From: an uncultured Planctomycetia bacterium
Lineage (GTDB): Bacteria > Omnitrophota > Gorgyraeia > Tantalellales > Tantalellaceae
Length of the DNA stretch: 64,000 nt
Assembly (NCBI GenBank): GCA_964409365.1
Contig: CAYPCX010000012.1
Location: forward strand, 178-64,177
Direction: 5' to 3'
Each line of letters starts with the position of its first letter. The stretch's first letter is position 1. Below the pieces are notes generated by a model that saw only the letters and a program-made list of their open reading frames with translations, made no database searches and had not been told where the DNA came from. Below are positions 46,314 to 56,270 of this stretch, in pieces. Both the position numbers and the translations under genes were made by a program.

Positions 46314-48158
46314 TTATTTATTGCGTTCCCGTTTTCCGAGAAGGACGATGTCCCTCAGGGCCTCTTTATCCTTGGCCTGCATCCACCTTTTTTCGAAAAG
46401 CGGATCCTGGACGATCTGGGCTATGGCCGAAAGGGCCCGGAGGTGGAAATTCCTCTCGTCCCTCGTGCCTGCTATAACGAAAACGGTATGGACCTTTCGC
46501 TCTTTCCCGGGGAATATGATGCCTTCTTTGCTGCGCGCCAAAAGTATGGTGAAAATATTATTCCCGTCGACCACTATATGCGGAATGGCCAAGCCGGGGC
46601 TTAAGACCGTACTGCTCTGCTCCTCCCTGTCCAGAAGAAGCGTCAACATGACCGCGGATTCCACACCCGTTCTCTCGGAAAGCTTCTCCGCCGCCAGCTT
46701 AAAAAAATCACCGGCTGTCATGAAACCAGTTATATCAAGAACGATGCCCTCCTCTACGATGCGATCGAACCTGTCCTTTATTATGTCATCCCTCTCCCGG
46801 ATGATCTCCTTGAGCTCCGCTTCGAGAGAAACGTCGGCGAATTCCCGTGCCGCGACGCGTTCAATGAGATGCAAAAGCGCGAAATCCCTCTTTGCCCTCT
46901 CCCTGCCATAGAACCAGAAAACCGCCAGACCCGCGGCAAAAAGCAGGGATCCCGCAAAAAGAGCCTGTTTGCCCATATTCACTACCAGCAGCCAGCAGCC
47001 AAAAATACCGATGACCTGCACCCAGGGATAGAAAGGTGACCTGAACTGCGGCCTGTAATTAAGGACGCCGCTCTGCCTCATGATGATCACGCAAAGACAG
47101 GAGAACATAAAGGTCATTATCAGGACCGTCGACGCCACTTCAACAAGGACATAAAGGTCAAGGAAAAGCGCCAGGATCATTATGCCGCCGGTGAACAGTA
47201 TCGCTACGGCGGGCGTCTTGAACTTTTTATGTACATTGCCGAAAAGATCCGGCAGCAGGCGGTCACGGCTCAAAGCAAAGGGATATCTCGAGGCGGCCAT
47301 GATGCCGGCGTTAGCCGTTGAAATAAAAGCTAAAATAGCCGCGATACTCATAGCTATCACGCCCCAGTTCCCCATGAAAACGGCCGCGCCGTCGGAAATG
47401 GGAGTAAGGGAACTATCCAGTTGTCTTGCCCCCAGAACACCCGTAGTGACAAAAACCGTCAATGTGTATAAGATCGTAACAGCGACAAGTGACAGTATCA
47501 TGCCCAGCGGCACTGTCTTGGACGGGTCCTTCACTTCCTCGGCTATACTGGCCACTTTTATAAGACCGCCGTAAGATATGAACACAAATCCGGCGGTAAA
47601 GAATACAGCCGGCGCCCCGCGGGGCGCGAAAGGCTCAAAGTGCACCGCGCTCATAGCGGGCAGGCCGCGTGCTATATAGACCACAAGGAGGGCGACGAGC
47701 GTTACGACTATAGCTACCTGGACCTTGCCCGCCTCCTTGATGCCGATATAATTGAGAGCGACAAAAATAATGCAAAAAGCGAGAGCTATAAGCCGCGGGT
47801 CAACATTGACGAGGATCCTTGTGAACGCGGCCATACCCACCAGCGCGAAAGAGCTCTTAAGGGATATGGACATCCACGTGAGAAGCCCGTCTATCGTGCC
47901 GACAGCGGGTCCCATGCTCCTGGTCACGTAGAAATAAGTGCCTCCTGCCCTGGGCATGGCGGAAACGAGCTCCGCCTGGCTAAGCATGCCGGTCATGGCC
48001 AGAAAACCAGCCAGAAGATACGAGATCACCACGGCCGGTCCCGCCTGCGCGTGGGCAAGTCCCGGGAGGATAAAAAGCCCCGAACTGATCATCGCTCCCG
48101 AAGCGATGCAGAAAACGTCCAGAAGCCCCAGTTCTTTTTTTAACTTTGCGTCTTCCAT
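46314..48158 (-). CDS. APC-family amino acid permease fused to C-terminal PTS EIIA(Ntr/fructose-type) regulatory domain
   Basis: 614 aa; ~430-aa 12-TM APC core; C-terminal ~150 aa with LSPGLAIPH active-site His motif of PtsN-type EIIA. Confidence 0.65.
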   Translation of the reverse strand: MEDAKLKKELGLLDVFCIASGAMISSGLFILPGLAHAQAGPAVVISYLLAGFLAMTGMLSQAELVSAMPRAGGTYFYVTRSMGPAVGTIDGLLTWMSISLKSSFALVGMAAFTRILVNVDPRLIALAFCIIFVALNYIGIKEAGKVQVAIVVTLVALLVVYIARGLPAMSAVHFEPFAPRGAPAVFFTAGFVFISYGGLIKVASIAEEVKDPSKTVPLGMILSLVAVTILYTLTVFVTTGVLGARQLDSSLTPISDGAAVFMGNWGVIAMSIAAILAFISTANAGIMAASRYPFALSRDRLLPDLFGNVHKKFKTPAVAILFTGGIMILALFLDLYVLVEVASTVLIMTFMFSCLCVIIMRQSGVLNYRPQFRSPFYPWVQVIGIFGCWLLVVNMGKQALFAGSLLFAAGLAVFWFYGRERAKRDFALLHLIERVAAREFADVSLEAELKEIIRERDDIIKDRFDRIVEEGIVLDITGFMTAGDFFKLAAEKLSERTGVESAVMLTLLLDREEQSSTVLSPGLAIPHIVVDGNNIFTILLARSKEGIIFPGKERKVHTVFVIAGTRDERNFHLRALSAIAQIVQDPLFEKRWMQAKDKEALRDIVLLGKRERNK

Positions 48159-48284
48159 GAAAGGATCGCTTGCAGCTACAGAAGTCCCTTATTACTAAAT
48201 ATAATAGATAAAATTGCTTTTGCAAATTTGGGGCTAATTAATTCAGATCAGAAAGGGGAAAAAAGAAGGGTTTGACCCGCTTTA

Positions 48285-51017
48285 TTATTCCATGACCAAT
48301 TCCCCGCCCTGGGACCAGGTACCGCCGCCGACACCGTGGAAAGTGCCGTTGTCGTCGTTATACGTGCCCCCCGCTTCCCCGGAGATATTCACGTTCTCGC
48401 TGGGCATGTTACCGCTCACGAGGGCGTGCCACTGACCGTCCGACCACTGGTCACCGGAAAGGGTGACGTTATGGCCGCTCGCGTTGTCGATCGTGAGGGA
48501 CCACGTGTCGGTGATCGCGCCTGAGTGCGTGCCGTGGATATAGCCTGCCCATATATTGTTCAGGGAGTTGCTGTAAAGATTGATGCCCATGCTGGCGGAC
48601 ATATTGGCGTTGGCGCCGGACAGCACCGAAGAGTAGGCTTCGGTGATGGGGACCGAGACAAAACTCTCGAACTCGGATATCGTGAAACCCAGGTTCGCTT
48701 CCGTGAGGAGGTCGGTGACATCGAACCATTCGCCGCCGCCGACGGCTTCCCACGTGAATGACAGTTCGCAATAATCGCCGACCACGTCCCCGTGAAAGAT
48801 GTGACCCGCGTGGACGACGCCTTCACCGTCATCATCAAAAAAATAACCGAGCATCGTACCGCTCATGCCTCCCAAATTCCACTCGTTACCGTTGATAGTG
48901 CCTAACCAGGGAGAACTGCCTCCTTCTCCCGGATCCTGATGCATACCTCCTATGGCAAGCTTCCAGTCATCGTCAGTCACCGGCGTGAACGAGCCCACCC
49001 CGTTCATGAACCATATACCCCACCGTTCTCCCTGAAGGCTCAGGGTCTCACCACTGAGATCAGTGCAAACGACCGAACCGCCGAGGCCACCCGCGAAACC
49101 GCCCATGCCCGATCCGCCGTAGAGATCGCCTGTCTCCTTAGGCGCGGAATCAAGCTGGTCCGGGGTTATGCCTACCATACTCCTCGGTGAGAACCAGACA
49201 GGGAAGTTGCCTACGCTGTTGAAGTGCCCCGGACTGACATCTCCTTCATAAAGGGCCGAGAAAGTGCCGCCATGGCCCGTGGTATCCACGTATATCCCGA
49301 GCGCTTTACCCTTAAGACGGGTACCTATCATCGTCCCGCCGGTACGCCCTATCATCCTGCCGCCGTCCGAAGCGGTGTAGGCGATGTTATCACATCCCCA
49401 TAGACGGTCAAGCCCTTTACCGATAAACAACCCGTGCACGTCGTTCCCGCTCGGGGAAAACCCCGCCCACATGCCGCCCGCCCCGGGGACCGAAAAAGCG
49501 AGACTCCCCACAACGTGGCTGTCGGAATTCATGACAAAATTTAAGTCGCTTTCGCCTTCATACCCTATATACCCGAAATGTCCGGTAAAATTAGCGGCTT
49601 CTTCCGGCGGTGGCGGTGGCGGGAGAAGGCCGCCTAAAATAGTAGCGATAGGTACGCCGACAATAGTACCACCGGGAAGGTCCTCCGGAAGTAAGTTGCC
49701 TATAGGAGGAAGTACACCCGGCGGCAGAGGACGCGTAGCCAGAGGGCTCCGAAGACCGGTCCCGCTACTGTAATTGGTCATAGCGACACCCTGGCTCCAG
49801 AATTCCTCGAGGGTTATTCTGTCCTTGACGGTGGTATAAACGGGCGTTCCGAGGTTACCCGCGGAATTGGCCGTGGAATTCTGTCCGGGATCCAGCACCA
49901 CCATATCGCCGGAGACGAGGCTTGTCATATCCCCCTGCCCGCCTTCATACCAGGCCTGTGTCCACCCCTCGGTTATATCAAGGTACATCACTGTCCCTCT
50001 CACGCCGCATACGGCGGACGGGGTCTTCACACGGAACGTGGACTTCTTGCCGAGCCTTTCCACTATGGCCCTTATCTTTCCCCTGTCCGCCTCGAATGAA
50101 TTCTCATATTCCCCGGTCTTCGGGTCGTGGCGTATGCGCTTCATGAATATCTCGGAATTCGCCTGGAGCGAAAGCATATTGCCGTTCTCCATGGTTATTT
50201 CCACGCCGCCGTCGGGGCCGGTCATCACTTTGTCGCCTTCCGTGAGGACCTCATCTATCTTCGCCAGACGGAACTTTTTATTACCGTGCTTGTAAACGCG
50301 TACCTCTCCCTGGACCGAGGTTATGAGGCCCTTCATCTTCCTTACACCCTTGCCCTCGAGCGTGTCCCTGGACATCTGGCTCGGCTTGGTGTCCTTTTCA
50401 TGCGCCGAGAACTCCGCGTCGACGTACGGGCGCGGTTTATCCGGAATGTCGCTTAAGGGTATCGTGACAAAATCGCCTTTGCTTAATTTCGTCACGTCAT
50501 CGGGATAGGCCGGGTTATACACCGATATCTGGCCGTCCTTCACAAAGACGCCGGTCTTGTCCGCCTGGTGGAAAGCCACGATATCGGTGCCCTTTACCGT
50601 GCCTTTGGCGCTGGGGGTCACGATGTGGAAGTTGGAAGTGCCTCCGTTCTTGGAAACGATCGCCCGCATCTTCCCGCGGTATAACCTTACGGTCGCGTTC
50701 TGTCTTTTGTTCCCGTCCTTGATGTCATATTCTTCGATGGCGACACGGGAATTCGGGGCGAGCCGGAGAACCGTACCGTCCTTAAAGGTGACCTCTGCCC
50801 TGGAATTGCTCTTTGTCCTTATGACGTCACGGAGAAAGACCGGTTCCTCTTTTTTGACGCGGGAAGCCGTGTCCTCTTCCAAACGGGTAACGTCTATCCT
50901 TCCCTCCAGGGACGTATATGTCCCCACTTCCGTTCCATCCGCGAAACAAACGGCGGAAAGAAAGACGGACATTATCAACAGAAATAGTATCTTCTTCATT
51001 ATTATTTTAGTCCTCAA
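48285..51017 (-). CDS. large secreted protein with two FecR-like domains and a Gly-rich C-terminal region
   Basis: 910 aa; signal peptide; FecR-like beta segments (AEVTFKDGTVLRLAPNSRVAI and GEVRVYKHG...TGPDGGVEITMENGNMLSLQANS). Confidence 0.45.
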   Translation of the reverse strand: MRTKIIMKKILFLLIMSVFLSAVCFADGTEVGTYTSLEGRIDVTRLEEDTASRVKKEEPVFLRDVIRTKSNSRAEVTFKDGTVLRLAPNSRVAIEEYDIKDGNKRQNATVRLYRGKMRAIVSKNGGTSNFHIVTPSAKGTVKGTDIVAFHQADKTGVFVKDGQISVYNPAYPDDVTKLSKGDFVTIPLSDIPDKPRPYVDAEFSAHEKDTKPSQMSRDTLEGKGVRKMKGLITSVQGEVRVYKHGNKKFRLAKIDEVLTEGDKVMTGPDGGVEITMENGNMLSLQANSEIFMKRIRHDPKTGEYENSFEADRGKIRAIVERLGKKSTFRVKTPSAVCGVRGTVMYLDITEGWTQAWYEGGQGDMTSLVSGDMVVLDPGQNSTANSAGNLGTPVYTTVKDRITLEEFWSQGVAMTNYSSGTGLRSPLATRPLPPGVLPPIGNLLPEDLPGGTIVGVPIATILGGLLPPPPPPEEAANFTGHFGYIGYEGESDLNFVMNSDSHVVGSLAFSVPGAGGMWAGFSPSGNDVHGLFIGKGLDRLWGCDNIAYTASDGGRMIGRTGGTMIGTRLKGKALGIYVDTTGHGGTFSALYEGDVSPGHFNSVGNFPVWFSPRSMVGITPDQLDSAPKETGDLYGGSGMGGFAGGLGGSVVCTDLSGETLSLQGERWGIWFMNGVGSFTPVTDDDWKLAIGGMHQDPGEGGSSPWLGTINGNEWNLGGMSGTMLGYFFDDDGEGVVHAGHIFHGDVVGDYCELSFTWEAVGGGEWFDVTDLLTEANLGFTISEFESFVSVPITEAYSSVLSGANANMSASMGINLYSNSLNNIWAGYIHGTHSGAITDTWSLTIDNASGHNVTLSGDQWSDGQWHALVSGNMPSENVNISGEAGGTYNDDNGTFHGVGGGTWSQGGELVME

Positions 51018-51022
51018 GACCG

Positions 51023-52549
51023 TTAAAACTTATACTTCATCCCTACGCTATAAACGTTCCGTTTATAGTTATACACTTTAATATTGCAAGAGTCGTATAC
51101 GTGTATATAGTTTAGCATAATTTCAACATTTTTTACAATATCAAAAGCGAGAAAAGTGGACAAAGTCAGAATGTCGTCCCTGCGTTGCTGCTTAAAGATA
51201 AAATTGGTCTCCGTGAACCTCTGAAAAAAAAGGTCCAGCGTACCCCCTATCCTCATTTTTTCCATGATCGGCACGGTAGCACCCAGTGTGATCTTGTTAC
51301 CTATATATCTCCAATTGTCTTCTTCGGTATCGTCGTAATTCAGGGCATATTTCAGGTAAGCGATACCCTTACCCTCGCCGAAAAAGTAGAACCATGCAAG
51401 ATGCCCCGTATACTCGTCGGAATCCCTGTCTTCCTCGGGGCCGTTGGGAGACCACAGGAATTTATCTTTATTATAGAACATGCCGAGCTGGCCCATCACA
51501 TTCCTGCCCAGTTTGATATTATCCAGGTTGCCTATACTGACAGTGGAAAGGTATCCCTTATCATTGACGGTGACAAAGTTGTAATAGATCGGGAAGCTGA
51601 TAGCCGCGTTCTCGAGATAAAAAGCCGGCTGTGTAGTGAAATTGTGGGACGTCATGTCATAGAAACCCAGGTCGAACTGCTTGGCCAGGTAGAACGAATA
51701 CCCGAATTTCGCGCCGAAGTTCTCCCAGGGCTTCAGGTTATATTCACCGTTGAAGGTGTAAACCTGCCGCCAATCACCTTTGTCCCCGATGGCCGACACC
51801 AGGACATCGCTCCCCGGCGACAGGACGACGTTATCGTCATACTGCAGGGCGAAACCGACATTCCCGCGGAAGGGTCTTGTGGCTTCCTCTTTCTTGTCTA
51901 TGGCGGCGATATATTCATCGGCGAAACCGGCAAGATCGCTGTGCGGAGCCTCTTTCACGACGTCGCCGAAGATCTTCTTCGCCTCTTTCAGCCTTTCGTT
52001 CTTCACGTACGCCAGGCCGATATAATACTCAAGCGTCTGGTACGGCGCCCCGTCTATCCCCTTCGCTTCCTCGAAGGACTCTATCGCCGTATCAAGGTCC
52101 TCCCCCTCTTTCAGATAGACCATGCCTTTGAAAAAAGAGGTCTGGGCCGGGTTTATCCCTTCGTCTTCCGCCAGCTTGATCCACTTTTTTGCCTCGTCCA
52201 GCTCGCCCTTCTTGTAAAGAAGGTCTATGAGTTCCGTAAGCGCGTTCTTTATCCTTGGCTTCATCATCACGGCGGCTTCCAGATAAGACCTGGCCTCATC
52301 ATAGTTCTGCATTTGTTTGCAGGTAACACCGAGATAATAGGCGACGAGGGTCGACTGGGGCCTTTCCTTCCATAGCCTCTTCAAAAGGTCATAGGCCTCT
52401 TCGTAATCCTCGTGCTTGTAAAGCCATATGGCCTTCGTCAGCTGTTCGTCCCCTTTGGCATCGAGTTCGTCGGAAAAGACCTGCGGCACGCAGAAAATAC
52501 CCGCGAACAGTGAGAGAACCGTGAAAATGATAATTACTTTGGTTTTCAT
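51023..52549 (-). CDS. TPR-repeat protein with C-terminal beta-barrel-like domain (outer membrane?)
   Basis: 508 aa; signal peptide; N-terminal TPR helices; C-terminal alternating strands ending ...GMKYKF. Confidence 0.4.
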   Translation of the reverse strand: MKTKVIIIFTVLSLFAGIFCVPQVFSDELDAKGDEQLTKAIWLYKHEDYEEAYDLLKRLWKERPQSTLVAYYLGVTCKQMQNYDEARSYLEAAVMMKPRIKNALTELIDLLYKKGELDEAKKWIKLAEDEGINPAQTSFFKGMVYLKEGEDLDTAIESFEEAKGIDGAPYQTLEYYIGLAYVKNERLKEAKKIFGDVVKEAPHSDLAGFADEYIAAIDKKEEATRPFRGNVGFALQYDDNVVLSPGSDVLVSAIGDKGDWRQVYTFNGEYNLKPWENFGAKFGYSFYLAKQFDLGFYDMTSHNFTTQPAFYLENAAISFPIYYNFVTVNDKGYLSTVSIGNLDNIKLGRNVMGQLGMFYNKDKFLWSPNGPEEDRDSDEYTGHLAWFYFFGEGKGIAYLKYALNYDDTEEDNWRYIGNKITLGATVPIMEKMRIGGTLDLFFQRFTETNFIFKQQRRDDILTLSTFLAFDIVKNVEIMLNYIHVYDSCNIKVYNYKRNVYSVGMKYKF

Positions 52550-52644
52550 GATTTATAACTTATAATACAAAACCCCACACGTGTCAAGAATATTTCCCCC
52601 TGTACAACCCCGGGGGTTGAACCCTTGCCAAACCCCACCGTATT

Positions 52645-52677
52645 TATACATCGGGTGTATTATACACCCGATGTATA
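52645..52677. repeat. 30-bp perfect palindrome tatacatcgggtgtattatacacccgatgtata (copy 1)
   Basis: Identical core at 56239..56270. Confidence 0.85.
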
Positions 52678-53748
52678 TGCGGTGAGGCGTTTGAAGGCTT
52701 TAAGCTTTTCGGAGCGGCCGATCTTTGCCCTGGAGACGGCGTCATTGAGGAAAGAGATGGTACCGTCATAAACAGAACGGTTTACGGGATATGGGTGGCC
52801 GTCCTTTCCGCCATGGGCGAAACTGAACCTTGCCGGGTCGCGTAAGCTCGGTTTTTCGCCGTAGACAAGCTCGGATATGAGGGCCAGAGCCCTTATCGTC
52901 CTGGGGCCGACGCCCTGTATGCCCAGGAGCTCTTCGAAGTTCCCGGGTCTTTTTTCATACGTGGAAAGCAGTATCTTTTTCAGGTTCTCCGGCCTTATTT
53001 CCTTGCCGCGGATATCATGATGAGCGGGGAGCGATAATTTTTCAACGCGCCTGTACTCTTCCAGGACCTTTTCCGGGTTCACGCGGGAGATCTCAACGCT
53101 GACTTCCCTCGCCTTTTCGCTTTCCCGGGCGACCATATTGAGGACCTCTCCCTTGTGGTCACAGCATACCGCGTTATGCGGCTCGCACACGAAATCATTC
53201 ACGCTTTCGCCGAGCCAGTGGTAACGCCTCGCCCACCGGGTCCGGTCGTTCATACCCTGCTGGACCACGGCCCAGCGGCCGCTTTTGTCGACGATGAAAG
53301 TATGATGATATAACTGGTACCCGTCCTGGACGGCGGTATTATCCACTTTCGCCGACATGCGGCTCGCGTAGACCAAACCGGCAGGATCGCGATCTATGAA
53401 CCGTTTCTCGGCGAGTTCTTCTATCTCCGAGGGGGTTTTTCTCGATGTTCCGCCCTTCCCGCCGCAGACGAACACACCCATGTCCCGGCCCGCATTCTTA
53501 AGCCCGGCCTTGAGCGCGCCGCAGACCGTAGTAGTGAGTCCCGATGAATGCCAGTCAAAACCCAGGACACACCCGAATGCCTGGAACCAGAAAGGATCCG
53601 CCATCCTTCTCAAGTACTCTTCGGACCCTAATTCACCGCACAGGATCATGCTTATCTCTCTCGCGAGAAGCGTCATCCTGTCGAAAAGCCACCTCGGGGC
53701 TTTCCCGCCGTGAAGGGGTAAATGCGCAGTGCCTGTTTTTCTGGACAT
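52660..53748 (-). CDS. conserved hypothetical protein (DUF763-like, with HhH motif)
   Basis: 362 aa; N-terminal TGxAHLPLHGGKAPRWLF pattern typical of archaeal/bacterial DUF763; GIQGVGPRTIRAL HhH. Confidence 0.4.
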   Translation of the reverse strand: MSRKTGTAHLPLHGGKAPRWLFDRMTLLAREISMILCGELGSEEYLRRMADPFWFQAFGCVLGFDWHSSGLTTTVCGALKAGLKNAGRDMGVFVCGGKGGTSRKTPSEIEELAEKRFIDRDPAGLVYASRMSAKVDNTAVQDGYQLYHHTFIVDKSGRWAVVQQGMNDRTRWARRYHWLGESVNDFVCEPHNAVCCDHKGEVLNMVARESEKAREVSVEISRVNPEKVLEEYRRVEKLSLPAHHDIRGKEIRPENLKKILLSTYEKRPGNFEELLGIQGVGPRTIRALALISELVYGEKPSLRDPARFSFAHGGKDGHPYPVNRSVYDGTISFLNDAVSRAKIGRSEKLKAFKRLTAYTSGV

Positions 53749-53762
53749 ATGACAGGTATTAC

Positions 53763-53935
53763 AGTTACTGGTTACTCCAAAAGTAACCCGTTTCAGATAA
53801 GTCTGGTTACTGTTTACTGGCTACTGGTTACGACACTTGATACTTGCTATTTTTCCTTGTTACTTTTTCCTTTTTCCTTGATACTTCTTCCTTTTTCCTT
53901 GATACTTGTCACTTGTTGCTACTTACTGGTTACTC
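53763..53935. repeat. heptamer-periodic repeat block (GTTACTG, CCTTGAT/ACTTCTT/CCTTTTT units) between DUF763 gene and sufBD
   Basis: gttactg gttactc ... gttactg tttactg gctactg gttacga; 21-mer ttcctttttccttgatacttc x2. Confidence 0.8.
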
Positions 53936-53944
53936 CCCCCTCAG

Positions 53945-55048
53945 CTATAATCCGCCCTGGAGGGTCTGATCCTCTAACTGCTTGATCTCGTCTTTAAGGA
54001 GTTCCGGAAGGGCGAGGATATCCACGTCCATGAACCCCCTGATGATCACCGACTGGGCCTGGTCAGGCGTCATCCCGCGGGAACACAGGTACTCTATCTC
54101 TTCCTTGCTGATCCTGCCGATAGCCGCTTCATGCGAAAGGTCCACGTCACGCAGGTCTGTTTCAAGTTCGGGGATGGCGTGGATCGTGCCTTCCTCCGAA
54201 AGGACAAGGCCCCTGCACTCAAGATGAGCCCTTACGCCGGGGTTCTCAGCTTTAAGATGCCCGCGCGCCACGACCTTACCGCCCAGGCTTACGGCCCTTG
54301 AGACTATTTCCGCATAAGTTTCGGATGACTTGAAGATGACCCGCGCGCCTATATCCTGTAAAGTGTCCGGATGGGAAAGAATGAGCGAATTGAAGCTAGC
54401 CCTGGCCCCGTGGCCCATGAGAACGGCCGTCGGGTACATCGTGATATCCCTGACGGGCTTAAGGCAGACATAGTTCGATATGAAACTCCCCCCTTCTTCC
54501 ACTACAGCGACACTCATGGGCCTTACTGATACGTCCTCCCGCCATGAATGGATCATCGTAAAGTTCAGGTAGGCCCCCTTTTGCACAAAGAACTCGGAGA
54601 TGCCGAGATGGAAGGATCCCCGGGCGGCCTCTGAGGCGGAACACCCGGTAATAAGATAGACCCTGGCGCCCTCTTCTATGATGATCATGTTGTGGACCTT
54701 CTGCTCGAACGCCTGCTTCTTGAGAAAAAGACAGGCCTGGATGGGCAGGCTTACTTCGGCACCTTTCATGACCCTGATAAAATAACCGCCGGCCGTATCG
54801 GCGGGGTATTCCTTGTTCAGCATCTTGAAGGATTTTCCGTAATAATTCCTTACCCCGGGATACCTTTCAAGGGCTTCTTCCATCTTTACGATGTCCACCC
54901 CCTCGAACAGGCTCTTGGAAAAGAGTATGTCATCGTCCTGCTGCAGAAAAGAAGCCGAACGTGTCTTCTCGGAAAGGTCCATCCCCGAAGAAGTCACCTT
55001 GTCGCCGTCCTCTTTATTTAACACGTTCCTGAGATCAGGGTCTGCCAT
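53945..55048 (-). CDS. Fe-S cluster assembly scaffold SufB/SufD-family protein
   Basis: 367 aa; C-terminal beta-helix region; adjacent sufC. Confidence 0.75.
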   Translation of the reverse strand: MADPDLRNVLNKEDGDKVTSSGMDLSEKTRSASFLQQDDDILFSKSLFEGVDIVKMEEALERYPGVRNYYGKSFKMLNKEYPADTAGGYFIRVMKGAEVSLPIQACLFLKKQAFEQKVHNMIIIEEGARVYLITGCSASEAARGSFHLGISEFFVQKGAYLNFTMIHSWREDVSVRPMSVAVVEEGGSFISNYVCLKPVRDITMYPTAVLMGHGARASFNSLILSHPDTLQDIGARVIFKSSETYAEIVSRAVSLGGKVVARGHLKAENPGVRAHLECRGLVLSEEGTIHAIPELETDLRDVDLSHEAAIGRISKEEIEYLCSRGMTPDQAQSVIIRGFMDVDILALPELLKDEIKQLEDQTLQGGL

Positions 55049-55751
55049 GGCACTTCCTACAGTATCCGTACCCTTTTTCCTTTATCTCTTCGAACATCTC
55101 GGCGGGCTTGTGCCCCGTGCACCACAGCTGACCGTCTATCATGAGACAGCCTTTTTCCGCCTTCACATAATCCAGGATATAACCGGTGTGCGTAATAATA
55201 AGCGCTGACTTGCCCTCGCCTTTAAGATAATCGTCAAGTACCTTTCCCATTATAGAGATATTCTCGATGTCCACGCCCGACTCGGGCTCATCCAGAAGGA
55301 CCATGTCGGGATCCTGAAGTACGAGCTGGTAAAGCTCGGAACGCTTCATCTCGCCGCCGGAGAAGTCCAGGTTTATCTCGCGCTCAAGAAGTTCCTCAAG
55401 CGAAAGTCTTTCCGCCATGGAAGCTACCTTTTTTTCGTCACTGCAAAGGTAGCGGGATATCTGGTCAAGCTTCACCCCTCTTATTTTCGGAGGGTGCTGG
55501 TACATTATGCCGAGGCCGAGTTTCACCCTTTCATCCGTCCCGAGCCCGTTCAGGCCCTTACCCTTGTAGCTTATCTCGCCCTTTTCGACGGAATATCCGC
55601 CGAAACCCATAACGGTCTTTATGAGCGTGGACTTCCCGCTGCCGTTAGGCCCGAAAAGCACCATGACCTCGCCCTTGCCTATGGTCAGGTTTATGTTCTT
55701 GAGAACCGGCTTGCCCGCAACATCCACGGAAAGATCTTTTATCTCCAGCAT
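55035..55751 (-). CDS. sufC: Fe-S cluster assembly ATPase SufC
   Basis: 238 aa from ATG 55751 (MLEIKDL); Walker A GPNGSGKST, ABC signature LSGGEMKR, Walker B LLDEPESG. Confidence 0.85.
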   Translation of the reverse strand: MLEIKDLSVDVAGKPVLKNINLTIGKGEVMVLFGPNGSGKSTLIKTVMGFGGYSVEKGEISYKGKGLNGLGTDERVKLGLGIMYQHPPKIRGVKLDQISRYLCSDEKKVASMAERLSLEELLEREINLDFSGGEMKRSELYQLVLQDPDMVLLDEPESGVDIENISIMGKVLDDYLKGEGKSALIITHTGYILDYVKAEKGCLMIDGQLWCTGHKPAEMFEEIKEKGYGYCRKCHGRP

Positions 55752-55791
55752 CCCGTCACCTCGTCCGACATCCAATATCCAACATCTAACA

Positions 55792-56223
55792 TCAGTTTCT
55801 TTTATACAAACCCACAAGCTCCGCCTGGTCGAGTATGTGTCCTTCCATGGCCTTTTCCAGTTCTCCTTTGCTGATGCCATCGTCCAGTTCGAGCTCGCGG
55901 TCCAGGGCATACGCCTTGAAAAAATACCTGTGGGTCCCGGACGGGGGGCACGGCCCTCCGTAACTCAGCCTGCCGAAATCGTTCATGCCCTGCTTACCCG
56001 GAACGGTACCCTCACCGATACGCTCCGTGACCGGCATATCGTAGACCACCCAGTGGACCCATGTCCCCATGGGAGCGTCCGGGTCGTCGACGATGACGGC
56101 CATGCTTTTGGTCTGGTCGGGTATCTCCTCGATATTGAGCTCGGGGTTCACGTCCTGTCCCTGGCACGTGAACTTTGAAGGAATGTAGCTGTTGTTGCTG
56201 AATTCCGGACTCTTTATTTTCAT
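55792..56223 (-). CDS. YbhB/YbcL-family PEBP (Raf kinase inhibitor-like) protein
   Basis: 143 aa; DPDAP...H...GPxPP....HRY PEBP signature. Confidence 0.75.
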   Translation of the reverse strand: MKIKSPEFSNNSYIPSKFTCQGQDVNPELNIEEIPDQTKSMAVIVDDPDAPMGTWVHWVVYDMPVTERIGEGTVPGKQGMNDFGRLSYGGPCPPSGTHRYFFKAYALDRELELDDGISKGELEKAMEGHILDQAELVGLYKRN

Positions 56224-56238
56224 CTTTCCCCCCTCGTT

Positions 56239-56270
56239 CTATACATCGGGTGTATTATACACCCGATGTG
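56239..56270. repeat. 30-bp perfect palindrome (copy 2) directly after nrdJ stop
   Basis: ctatacatcgggtgtattatacacccgatgtg. Confidence 0.85.
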
